From: Zootoca vivipara
Lineage: Eukaryota
Direction of reading: 5' to 3'
NCBI RefSeq assembly: GCF_963506605.1
Contig: NC_083285.1
Location: forward strand, 34,782,001-34,846,000
DNA: 64,000 bases
Shown: in pieces, positions 35,161 through 47,300 of the stretch
Layout: every line of letters starts with the position of its first letter
Numbering within the stretch: the stretch's first letter is position 1
The notes under the pieces: generated by a model
Seen by the model: the letters and a program-made list of their open reading frames with translations, nothing else
Databases searched by the model: none
What the model was told of the DNA's origin: nothing
Translations under genes and position numbers: made by a program

Positions 35161-37842
35161 ATAGTGTTGTGGAGCATGTTTCTTTAAAAGTGAGACAAAG
35201 GCAGTTTTCCAATACAGGATTTTTCCTTCAACAGTGGCGTTCCTTGTTAAATCTGATGCTAGGCCAGCTGTTAACAGCCGAAATTTGCTTTCCACATTCG
35301 AAACTCTGCACATATCATAATTCGATCTCTACATGCAGCTTTAAAATACAGTGCCTAAACCAGGAAGAACAACAGCTTAGAAATGACATGTGCAGAATTA
35401 TAACTAAGCACAGAACAGAGTAGGGAAGAAATGTTTCTCCTTTCAATCCACTGCTTTTCAGTTAGTAGCTACTTTTGACCTAGGTCCTCAGAAACCAGCT
35501 TCTTGCTGCACTAGTTATACATAATAAACCAAGTACTGAAATCAGTAATAACCACAAAATGTGCTCAAGCATGCCAGGAAAGAAATATTCCGGTGATTGC
35601 AGCCAGCAGCAGCAATATTTATATTTAATAAGTAAATAATAAACATGACATTAAATTGCAAAGATTACAAAGAATATAAACCATCCATGAAATTGTCAAT
35701 TAACAGGATAGCCCCTTGGATCTGTTGAGGGGAAAACCAAACAGCAGTTTAAACTGTAATACCCTCTAATTCATCCAATCTTTTCCATGTGGATTTCTGT
35801 TTCAACCTTCTAGAAGTAGCTCCCTTCATCTTCAGGGTATCTTTTTTTAAAAGTCAGTATTAAAATTGGGGATTGGTCCCACACGATACATTCCAGTTGC
35901 ATTTCTTAATACATTATTCATTTCCAAAGTAATTTGGAGAAATCAGCAATAGCCTAGGTTCCGCTGCTTTCATCTCTGAGCAACTTGCCAAAGTCTAGGG
36001 CTGTACAGAAGTGTTGATACCCAATTTCAGCTATCAGCTATTTTAGGATAGGAGACATCAAACTTTTTTTTGCCGGCAGGCAGATTTCAAATATTAAGGA
36101 AGCACTGTCCACTCCAGTCACAAAATGTCTGCTATGGGTGTATGGCATAACACAAAATTAAGAGAGAGTGTTGTGCTCTTGATTGTGTAGATCACACAAT
36201 ATTGATTTAAACACACACACAACACTTTGCTGATGCTTTGTAATAACTACAGGGAGCATTCCCTAGTACCCAGAAAACTATACTGTCGCACACAGAACAC
36301 ACAAACTCAGCACACAAACATGGGACACAGACAAACATGGAGCTCTCTCCCTTACACACTTCACATCTCTCTCTCTCCCCCTCCCCAGGAGCATCTCTCC
36401 TTCTCTCTCACAGAGAGGCAGGCAGAACTTTGATTTAGTACCATTGCCTTAACCACCATCTCTCTTCCTGAGTTAGGATTGCACTCAGACTGACCTCGCA
36501 GACTGACAGCTCTCACCAATCAGAGGAAACTGGTGAGCGGTATGAAACACATGTTTGCCAAACCACACCCACCAACCCCAACCTCCTCCCCACAGAAAAG
36601 GGGATGGTGCTTGTACATATAGCACGCATATGAAAATATTGAGGATCCATTCCGGATCTTCCACGAAAGACAGATTTTTTTTTTTTTAGGTATAAGAAGA
36701 AGTGGTTGCGGTTTTGTTTTGCGGTTGCGGTTTTCCATTATTTTGGAATACCAGCTGAATAATGATGATGTTGTTTGGCAGCATACCAACCCCCCACCCC
36801 ACCCCACCCCAACAAATCCCTACAACCCAGCAACTACACCACTATAAATGGTAAGTGCAGAAAGGGCCTATTTCTCAATGCCTATTTTAGGATGCAGCTG
36901 TTCTTTAATGTGCTCATCACTGACCATCATCACTTACTGACTCCTTTGCTTCACAGCAATAGTTAACCAGGACAAACTCTTCCAGAAAACATGAGACTGC
37001 CAAGGAAAGCTAATCTTGAATGAATCACGTACTTGGTTTTTTCTGCTGCTGCTGCTTACGGAACACAATAAATAAACCAATTATTCTCACCGTGCATTTC
37101 TAAGAAAGTCAAACAGTTTCTCCTCAACAATATACCCAAAAGGATTGTATGGTACACATGTAAGAAACTCATTATGGGGTGAGAGGTGGGCATTTGGGGT
37201 AGATAATACAATGTCTGCACATGGCAATACTTGTTCCACCACTTACTCATCCATCAGCGCCGACAGCATGATCTTATCAGGCACCATTATGTGAGACAAC
37301 TCAGTGCTTAATATATCATGGGAGACTTGAGGTAGAGCCCATTTTTCAACAGCACTTTTCTCAGCCCCATCTACTTTTGACATAAGCAATCTTCTTGAAG
37401 TTTCTCCACAAAAATATGTATGAATTCAGCATGCAGTGATGTATTGCTATGTTTAGACATTTTGCTATTTCTTACGCCATTCAAATAGGTGCTTCAGTAA
37501 TAAGGTCTGAATGAGTATTAGGTGTAGGCTTGGAACTAACGTTCAGTCTTATACAATAATATTCTCTTCATCTCAATGAAATCCCCCTTTGCATAAGAAG
37601 TGTGTATTAGGAATTCATAGGTTTAATCATGGTTACCCAACTCACATATCTCAAAGAGAATTTGCTTTCTTCTGCTCCTTCAGCTGCCTATATTTTATTC
37701 ACAACTGATTTTCTTTCGTATCTCATTTTCCTAATAGCCTACTCTTCAGAAATCTGACCCAGGGATAGTTTTTAGGACCACTACATGATCATTTTCATTT
37801 ACTATCATTGGACCTTTTGATACATGACTTTTGCGCGTACAA

Positions 37843-37868
37843 ACACACACACACACACACACACACAC
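37843..37868. repeat. (AC)n microsatellite
   Basis: Read directly from the sequence. Confidence 0.9.
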
Positions 37869-38326
37869 TTACCTTTTATTGGTCTGTATAGTGAATTTAA
37901 TTGCTATTCATTGGCCTTGAAATAGAATTGAAATTCATCAATATATTTGTTATAGTCATTTTAACTTCTGAACAATTGTAAAACCAAGAACAGCTGAAGT
38001 TTCATTTGAAAAATGTATCATGCTTCAGTTAATTTTAATAACTATAATTCATAATAAATGCAATCCAGTGTGAGATTCTTAATAATGTAGATCTATGCTT
38101 TCTTGCCAAGGAATATTAATAAGATGGGGCAGAGGCGTGTGATAATATATTAAAAAGCATTGCTTTTCACTCATAAATACACATAATTTGTAATGAAAGT
38201 TTATTAGAAATTTGTAATCTAAGATCAGACATTAGATCAGACAACTTGGGGTGGGGGAAAGGACCGTAAACCCATCTGAGTATTTAAAACAAGGCATAAG
38301 GTGTTGAAATAAATGTGACTCTAAAA

Positions 38327-38462
38327 CAGGCATCCCCAAACTGCAGCCCTCCAGATGTTTTGGCCTACAACTCCCATGATCCCTAGCTAACAGAACCAGT
38401 GGTCAGGGAAGATGGGAATTGTAGTCCAAAACATCTAGAGGGCCGAAGTCTGGGGATGTCTG
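38327..38462. mobile_element. hAT (Charlie/Buster-type) MITE
   Basis: TIR CAGGCATCCCCA. Perfect TSD CTCTAAAA at 38319-38326 and 38463-38470. Confidence 0.92.
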
Positions 38463-38543
38463 CTCTAAAACATTTCTAATGCTTCTTTCTTGCATCAATT
38501 GAGAACTATGTGTTAGAGATTGAGAACTATGTTCCAAAGACCT

Positions 38544-38891
38544 AGTATGGCCAACATATAAAATGTTATTAGAAGAAAGAGACGGGAAATTAAAATTAAA
38601 AGAATATACTGAGATTAAACCATATCTAAGCAGCTGGCTCCAATACTTTCAAATTAATCAAAGGTTTCAAGAAGATAATAGATTAGGGTTTGAAAAAGAA
38701 AATTCAAAATTAGATGAAATATTATTAGGCTCAAAAAATAAATTTATAACAAATTTAAATCAAGCCCTGTTTAGGGAGGCTTTTAATGTTTAATAGATTA
38801 TTTTATTTCATTTTTCTGTTGGAAGCTGCCCAGAGTGGCTGGGGAAACCCAGCCAGATGGGCGGGGTATAAATAATAAATTATTATTATTA

Positions 38892-38927
<36 letters not shown>

Positions 38928-39851
38928 GAAATGGGAAACCGAAGAAGAGCAAACCAAAAGTACAATGATTAAATGGGCCCAAGATTTAGGGAAACCAATT
39001 ATGCTTAAAAATGGGAGAATTTGTGGCAAAGAGATATCAAATTTACACCAAATTATGTTTTAAAGAATATATTAAAAATGCAGCATAGATGGCATTTGAC
39101 GCCAGCAAAATTGCCCAAAATTCATAAAGGAACGAGTAATCAATGCTGGAGGTGCCAAAAGGAAGTTGGTACGTACATCCATATGTGGTGGCAGTGCGAA
39201 GACATCAAAGGCTTCTGGGACATGATTTATAAAGAACTAAAGAAGATCCTAAAATATTCCTTTACAAAAAATCCGGAAATATTCCTATTAGGAATGATGG
39301 AAAGTGACATCCAAGCCAAAGACAGATATATTGTAAGCTATGCAACAGTAGCAGCCAGACTCCTTGTAGTGAAAAATTGGAAAACCCAAAAAATACCAAA
39401 CAAAGAAGATTGGCAACTAAAAATGATTATGTATTATAATTTGGCGATTAAGTATGATGAAATTAAAGGAATAGGGGAGAAAGAGAAGGGAAAAAAATAG
39501 AAATTATTTGCGGATTACATTAAACAGTATGTAGGAAAAGCTGATCTCTTGGCAGACGTTTAAAGGCTCAAGTAAATAAACAAATGAGAAAAGAGAGAAA
39601 CAAACCTAGAAAGGAGGTATGCAGATAAATGTGGTAACTCATAATTGCAACATAGCAGAGGCTGAGAAGGAGAGAGGAAGGGGAAGGGATAAGTGGGAGG
39701 GCTAGGGAAAAATATATATTGGGGATTCAAATGTATTGGAATCATTACAAATGTCATTTTATCAATCGACCCAGTTTTACTTTTGTGTTTTATTTCTGTA
39801 ACTGTTAAAAAACCAATAAAGTTTTGTTTTTTTAAAAAAATTTTTTAAAAA
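38544..39851 (+). mobile_element. 5'-truncated L1 LINE (ORF2 C-terminus, 3' UTR, A-rich tail)
   Basis: RWHLTPAKL...CWRCQKEVGTYIHMWWQC is the L1 CCHC domain. AATAAA near 39815. 21-bp TSD AGAACTATGTTCCAAAGACCT at 38523-38543 and 39852-39872. Confidence 0.93.
38764..38927 (+). mobile_element. L2 3' end nested in L1 ORF2
   Basis: ALFREAFNV* followed by a UTR near-identical to 13320-13430 (reverse) and an (ATT)n tail. Confidence 0.92.
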
Positions 39852-40179
39852 AGAACTATGTTCCAAAGACCTGGAAGAGGAAGGCAAATAGTCTCAGTGC
39901 TGTTCACAAATGAAAAGAGCAAATTAACAGAAAAGGGCTCTGGAGCTGTTCCCATGATTCTTCTTGCGCAAAAAGTTGTTGCACAAACAGAGTACCATTT
40001 TTGCATTTGGTTTCATTCTCCCTCTGTGATGCTCTAGAGAAAATTTCAGTTCTCTGAGCGAAACTGAAAGCCTCTTTTAAGAACACAAAGGCACCTTTGC
40101 ATCCAACCCCATGTGTACCTGCTTAAAACTCATGGGACAAAATCCAGTCAGAGTTAAGTACATCCAAGAGAATTTAGAC

Positions 40180-40315
40180 CAGGCATCCCCAAACTTCAGC
40201 CCTCCAGATGTTTTGGACTACAATTCCCATCCTCCCCGACCACTGGTCCCGTTAGCCAGGGATCATGGGAGTTGTAGGCCAAAACATCTGGAGGGCCACA
40301 GTTTGGGGATGCCTG
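40180..40315. mobile_element. hAT (Charlie/Buster-type) MITE
   Basis: TIR CAGGCATCCCCAAACT and perfect TSD ATTTAGAC. Opposite orientation to the 38327 copy. Confidence 0.93.
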
Positions 40316-40442
40316 ATTTAGACCTGATTTAGCAAGTTTGTATGAAGTGTATGTTTTTATTTTAATTTCCATGTGTTGTTTTGCTGCATGTGAAAAGAGC
40401 TCTTTGAATTTTATAACTGAATAGAAAAAAAAGAGTACTGGG

Positions 40443-40532
40443 CATAGCTGCCAAGTTATCCCTTTTTTTAAGGGATTTTCCCTTATGCTGAATAGGCTTC
40501 CTCGCGAGAAAAGGGAAAACTTGGCAGCTATG
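40443..40532. mobile_element. 90-bp hAT MITE
   Basis: TIR CATAGCTGCCAAGTT and perfect TSD GTACTGGG. Same family as 6645. Confidence 0.93.
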
Positions 40533-40819
40533 GTACTGGGAGGAGAAATGTTTGTCACAGCTAAAGAATTTTCAGAGTGCCACTGAGTCACAATTTACTT
40601 GCTTGAATAAACATCCCAAATGAATGCTGCATAAAAGAGAAGAAAATATTACATTTGCTAAAATAAATACGTGTTAAAAAGTGTGCAGCTACAGGTGACT
40701 TTAACGCTTAGTAAAATAAATAGAGCTAAGATGGGAATAAATGTAAGACATTGAAAGGAGCACACAAGTGTTTTACAGAACATGATAAAATGAATACTGC
40801 ACCATTTAAAACTGATTGA

Positions 40820-41250
40820 CAGGTAATGAACTATAAAATCTATATTGAAATGGGAATGACAAAGAAAGAAGAGTGCATGGCTCCATCAACGTAGTGCTGC
40901 AGCTGAAAGATGGGAACTTTTCCTAAGACAGCGGCTCATGAAAATTAAGCAAATTAAGGACTGATGAAAAATCTATGTGTGCTGATTGCATTAGCAAGTT
41001 GCTCAGAGACAAAATAACACGGCAGTTTAACGTGATTATTAAGCAGATGCTCCTTCTTATGTCTGCCTGCGTAGATGTGAGACGTCAGTGGGACAAAACG
41101 AGACGTCAGTAAGACAAATGGCACTCATGCAACTGGATCTTACTTAATTTTAATAACTCAGATGTTAGTCTCTTTTGTTTAATGAGCAGCTTTTTAATTA
41201 GTTGGTGCACATTGGTTCCAATATATAGATTTGAAAATGAGTTTTGATCA
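40820..41250. promoter_or_regulatory. Candidate enhancer / conserved non-coding element
   Basis: Repeat-free, locally CpG-retaining, with TAAT/ATTA clusters and duplicated GACGTCA sites. Confidence 0.35.
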
Positions 41251-41839
41251 GGAGTCATGATAGGCTCCAGACATTATCACTTTTTAGCTCAAGAGAGGCA
41301 GCAACCACCATTTAATTCAAAATTAGCATATTCAATGCAGCTGAACTAATTGCTGGGGTGGGGGGAATGTCTCACTGGCTTTCTGCATTGTTCCAGTGCT
41401 ACTCAGTGTCTTTTTCTTCTCCTGGATACTGGTAATTCTTGGTTCAATGTGCCCATCCTCTTTGCTCTCACTGCCCTCCCCTTCATTGCCATTTATCCTG
41501 ATGGGCTATGACAGCCCACATGTTTGTGCTTATGGGCATTCAAGATGTTGTCATATCAGACATAACACTATTATGCCATCCACAAAAACACCTGAGTTGC
41601 CACATCCAATCAAAATGAGTAGCAGTGAGGACAAATGTGGCTCAACGGCAGTGAAGGCAAAGAAGAAGAATGACGTGAGAAGAAGTAGGGTCATACCAGG
41701 GTGTGTGGAAAGAAGGGACACCAAAAAGGAGCAAGAAATCTCTGCTGTAATTGTGGAGTCAAGATCCTAGTGGATGCAAGCAATTTTATCCTCAAAAGGC
41801 TTTGCAAACAAGTCACAGCAAGCTATTATTGGTTACAGG

Positions 41840-42137
41840 CAGCGGTGTAGCTAGTCGCTCAGGTGTCTGGTGAGGGGGTGTGTCCTGCAGCCAGGGGTGG
41901 GGCAATCCATGCCCATGGGGGAGGGATGATCTGCCGCCTCCCCCTCAGTTGTAGGGTGGCTGAGGGACAGGCAGTAGGCAGACACAAGTCCCATGTTGCC
42001 ATTTTAGTCACTCCTAAAAAGTTTCTTGAGCCCATTAAAAAAAACCCAAAAACTTACTTTGTCACCCCCCTCTCAGTGATTACACCCAGGGTGGATAGCA
42101 ACCCCCCCCCCCGCACACACCCCTTTCTCCACCACTG
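41840..42137. mobile_element. Non-autonomous hAT element (Tip100/Ac-like)
   Basis: Termini CAGCGGTG...CACCACTG. TSD GTTACAGG/ATTACAGG. Confidence 0.75.
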
Positions 42138-42557
42138 ATTACAGGCCAGACTGTGAAAAGTCCAGCACTACCCAGAAGCGTTGTGCCAGACAGCACAATG
42201 AGGATGTAATGGAGTTCACTGCCTCTAGGTAGTCTTGATAGTGAGCCCTCACTAGTATTTGATTGCATTCAACTTAGGGCCGCCATATGTATGGCAGTCC
42301 ATATGGAAAGTGTTGATTTATTGGTTAATTTCATTTAAAAAAAGCTCAAAAACATAAATTTTGGAGGTCAAAAATATGGCAAACCTAATTCAATGGGAAT
42401 TTTCCTCCAGTTGTGTTTGAACTGTCTCCTAGCTTGTTTCCTCATACTACGCTCTGGAGTATATCGATGAGCCAAGTGGGCTCCAAAAACTAAAACAACA
42501 ATGTCTCCTATAACACTCACTTCCATATCCCACATGAAGAAGGAGCCACATAACGAT

Positions 42558-43175
42558 CGTTGTTGTTTAGTCGTTTAGTCGTGTCTGACTCTTTGTGACC
42601 CCATGGACCAGAGCACGTCAGGCACTCCTGTCTTCCACTGCCTCCCGCAATGTAAGACTCATGTTCATAGCTTCGGGAACACTGTCCAACCATTTCATCC
42701 TCTGTCGTCCCCTTCTCCTAGTGCCCTCAATCTTTCCCAACATCAGGGTCTTTCCCAGGGAGTCTTCTCTTCTCATGAGGTGGCCAAAGTATTGGAGCCT
42801 TAGCTTCAGGATCTGTCTTTCTAGTGAGTACTCAGGGCTGATTTCCTTCAGAATGGATAGGTTTGATCTTCTTGCAGTCCATGGGACTCTCAAGAGTCTC
42901 CTCCAGCACCATAATTCAAAAGCATCAATCCTTCGGCAATCAGCCTTCTTTATGGTCCAGCTCTCACTTCCATACATCACTACTGGGAAAACCATAGCTT
43001 TAACTATGCGGACCTTTGTCGGCAAGGTGATGTCTCTGCTTTTTAAGATGCTGTCTAGGTTTGTAATTGCTTTTCTCCCAAGAAGCAGGCGTCTTTTAAT
43101 TTTGTGACTGCTGTCACCATCTGCAGTGAGCATGGAACCCAAGAAAGTGAAATCTCTCACTGCCTCCATTTCTTC
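42558..43175 (-). mobile_element. BovB (RTE) LINE, 5'-truncated
   Basis: 187-aa remnant with IKRRLLLGRKA..NLDSILKSRDITLPTKVRIVKAMVFPVVMYGSESWTIKKA. (CAA)-type tail. TSD CCACATAACGAT/CCACATAACAAT. Confidence 0.96.
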
Positions 43176-44104
43176 CCACATAACAATTACCTATTTCTTA
43201 TTTGGCACTTACTCAGAAGAATTAATAACTCAAGGGCAGATGTTACGGTGTCCAATTTTGTTAGCACGGGAGGGAAGAGAAAGGCTTGTTTTAACTCTCA
43301 CCATATAGCAAGCTACTGAAAAATCTGAATTGCACCATTAACTGCATGAACTCCATTGTTTTGAGTAGGACCTAAAATATGGAACTTTCTGCTGATCGGA
43401 TTCCACCAGTCCAGCGCTCAAGGTAAAGAAAAACTTGTGCAATATCAGATTTCCAGTGTAGAAAATCTATCTTTTACAATTTGTGTGTGTGTGTGCCACA
43501 ATATATTTTAGCAAGAAAGAAAAAAGATATTCAACTAATACCTCTCAATTTTATGAACAATGAAAAATGTCTTCAGGAAGATATCCATATTTCATTGCCT
43601 GCTGTTTCATTGTTCAAGTTCATTACATGCTCATTCATATCCAGTGTTCAAGAAATACTCTAATGTCATACTTAATAACACTGTATTCATAATTATGAGT
43701 AAAATGTTAAACCCAAAGGATCCCAGATAAAACTATTTCCTAAAGTAACAAGTCCTATTCATATGTTATGTTTAATGCATACTGTGGTGGGGGTGCAGCT
43801 AGCTGGCTTCCGCCGCTCCAGACCTCGATATATTCAGCTTATGTATTGACAAAAGGGCAATGGTTCTTTAAGGATTCAGAACACATGGAAGACACAAATA
43901 GAGGGAAGGGTGAAGATGTTATTAAATAGTTCAAAGAAAGCTACAAAACATAGTCACTATCTTATGCTGTTTCCGTCTTTGGTTGCTCTGGGAATCCTTT
44001 CTGCAAAGAAGGTGGCCTCAAAAGATGGTGATGGAGCTGTGCCTGGGTACAAGCACTTTCCATGGTCCAGCCTGCATAGAGGTCCCCACTAACAGAAGTA
44101 TCAT

Positions 44105-44826
44105 CATCATTGTTTCATTTATTAGATTTATATACCACCCTTCATCAAAAGATCTCAGGGTAGTTCAGAAGATAAAATCACAAATAAATAGTTAAAACAG
44201 AAACAACAACAACAATTTATTATTTATATCCTGCCCATCTGGCCGGGTCCCCCCTGCCACTCTGGGCAGCTTCCAACACACATTAAAATACATTCCAACA
44301 CACATAAAATACAGGGCTGCCTTTAGGTATTTTCTAAATGTCAGGTAGTTGTTTATCTCTACCGAGAAGGTCCTCTGCCTGGTTCCCTGTCGCTTTGCTT
44401 CTCGCAGTGAGGGAACCTCCAGAAGGCCCTCGGCACTGGATCTCAGTGTCCGGGCTGAATGATGGGGGTGGAGACGCTCCTTCAGGTATACAGGACCGAG
44501 GCCATTTAGGGCTTTAAAGGTCAGCACCAACACTTTGAATTGTGCTCGGAAACGTCCTGGGAGACCCTCCCACAAACACATTTCAAGGGCTGTAGAATGT
44601 TAATCAGCCCAAGGCCTGGTTGAAGAGGAACGCTTTCACCTGGCACCTAAAAATATATAATGAAAGTGCCAAATAGACCTCTCTAGGGAGAGCATTCAAC
44701 AAACAGGGAGCCGCTGCAGAAAAAGCTGGTTCTCATGGAGGAGGCACACAAAGAAAGGGCCTCGGATGATGAGCACAGAGTCCAGGCCAGTTTATATAGG
44801 GGGAGGTGGTCCTTGGCGTATTGAGG
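44105..44826 (-). mobile_element. Old L2 3' end interrupted by a younger L2
   Basis: Tail at 44105-44200 and body at 44564-44826, similar to 6190-6330. Confidence 0.7.
44203..44563 (-). mobile_element. Young L2 3' end
   Basis: Remnant FRAQFKVLVLTFKALNGLGPVYLKERL. Same subfamily as 13270. Confidence 0.9.
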
Positions 44827-47169
44827 CTAGTATACCCTTTGCATAAACCACATCTGGTCCATTCCAATCCAATTGAAATACTACTTCATACTGCTGAGGT
44901 TATATAAGCCACAGCTGGTTTTTGGGTGACAAACTATTCTCCCACCTGAGTGAAAAACTAATATGACTGATTCACATTTAACTTACATGATTTCAGCTTG
45001 ATGCACTTGGCTGGGGGGGAAAAATAAAAAGTGGTAGGTTGTTAGGGGAGGAAATGTTGCCAATCCCACCCACCATTGCACTCACCCTGGGAGAGCATTT
45101 AGAGGTGCAGGGAGAGTGTGAGCAGCCTTGGGGGAGTGCATGCGGCTTCTTACAAACCATTTTCCATTGTTTTGACTATACGTGATTTTTACTTTACACG
45201 CTATCCCTGGAATGTAACCCTGGCATGAAGTGATAGTTGGTTGTACTTTGCTGGAAGTCAACATAAATAACTTTCAAGCCTAGACTATACTCCTAGGAGC
45301 TCAGAATATATGTATTTCTCTTTCCTTTGCCCAAAGGCATCAGTGAAGGACTTGGCATAGGGGGCGAGGTTAATATCCCTGCCCCACTGCAGTCCATCAG
45401 TTGACAACATGGTGGGGCAGCACCACTCACCAGACTCTCCTTTGCCTCTAGTGTTGCTACTGTTTACCAGGGGGTAGAGGAGAGAGGCAGGATTGGGAAC
45501 ATGGTACAAATGCAGCAGAAGGCACACTAGATTGGCTCTGCCAGTGTGTTTGCACTGTGCTGACTTCACCACTGCCACCTCTCCCCTTCCTCCCTATCTC
45601 GCAGTAAGCAGCGCCAGGTGAGCAATGGTACCCATCATGAAGCTCACTACTGCTACAGCCTCAGTCAAATTGTCACTCCAAGCTATTATTAGCTGTATAT
45701 TTCTTATGAAGGTACTTCCTTTCACATGCCTCACTGGAAGAAAGAACATTAGACATCAGAGGCAGAGCCGGCTGGGTCTTCTCCCCTTCCACATCTAGAA
45801 ATCCATAAAGGAATATGTCTGTAAAGCCCTCTGGTTTTTATTCAATTTAACCTTTTAAAAATGCTGTAGAATTGTGCCTGTTCCCAGAATTATGTATACT
45901 TTTCCACAAAGGAAGCTGTAATTAGATTGTTTAAAAGAAAATTGGAGGAGGAGGAGGTGCAATTGTTGGAAATTAAACTCTTGGTTTCCTTGAATCAACT
46001 CTGCTTTCATCAACTTTAACCTTTTATTGCTAGAAAAGGAACAGAACAGCATTAATTGAGTAGGAGATGCATTAAAGAAAGAAAAAGGTAACATATTCCT
46101 TTAATTCAAAAGGGTTTATGAAGGTATTGATGGGTTTGGGAATGGGCTTTTGCAGTTAATAGACGGTTAAATAAAGGGCCCAGTTACTAACTGTCAGGAA
46201 ATTCTGACCCAAATGCCTGCTATTCTTAAATACCATGCCATTTATAATGCTAACATAATTGCTAAATAGATGTACAAATATATATTTGAAGGAGAGGTGT
46301 CTAGTCAAGTTATTTTTCTTTTTCCTCTTTCCATTACGGTATTTTTATTTTCTTTTTGTTACAAATATGTATATGTACCTAACTGTTTATAGGAAATTAT
46401 ATTTAAATATATATATTCTCTAGACAAGGAACAGGTCCTTCTTAATTTTAGTGCAGTTTCATAACTTATAGATTGTTATTTGTTTCTGCAAGAGATACAG
46501 CTTGAAAGGGGGATGAAAAATGGGTTACAGATCCTTTCATGTAGCTCATAGCTAGTGTCACAAATGAGGCCATATTTTTCTGAAAGATGATCAATAATAA
46601 TAGCAACCCGAAAGCACTGAAATACAAACTGTGATTTTAAAGAACACATTTAGAAACCGTTTGGGAATGTATACATTGTGACAAATTGTTTACTTCGTTG
46701 TAACAAGATTTCTCCCCTGGTGACACAATTAAGCATGAATCTATAAAATGAATTGATCAGTAAAAGGCCAGCTACTTTTAAAAAAGTTACATGTGTAAAA
46801 TATTCACAACAGAATGACAACATGTGTGTGCATGTGGAGTCATAAAAGGACCCAAGACCCAGAGATCTGTAGTGCCACTAAAAATGTAAATGCTTTATCT
46901 GTAGGGCGTATGAAAAAATAAAATGTTTTGCTCACCTATCACACTTTTTCATAATACATACAGTAGTGGACTGCGTCTGTGTATTTCTGTGGAATCCTGT
47001 ACCACACCTAAGAATTTTGGCACAGATTTATTCTCCAGTTGAGATTATTCATTAATTACAATTGAAACAAGTAAACTCTTGGTAGAAATTGCGCCAAATC
47101 TGAGCTAACTTAAGTCAAAAGTTGAAAAGCCACATTGCCTACAAACTGCTGTTGGCAGACTGAAGAGAA

Positions 47170-47300
47170 TATTGAGAAGAATTAGAGCATTCATGTCTCA
47201 AATACCTGAAGGGCTGTTACATGGGAGAGGTCAATCATTTACTTTATGCTGCCCCATGGAGCAAGACTGGATTGAATGGGTTTAGGTCAGAGGAGGATCA
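47170..47300 (+). mobile_element. Degraded CR1 fragment
   Basis: GAGAAGAATTAGAG...CAAATACCTGAAGGGCTGTTACATGG...AATGGGTTTA resembles the CR1 ORF2 end. Confidence 0.6.

Noticed and set aside
42595-43107. 170-aa plus-strand ORF
   Set aside because: It is the antisense frame of the BovB ORF.
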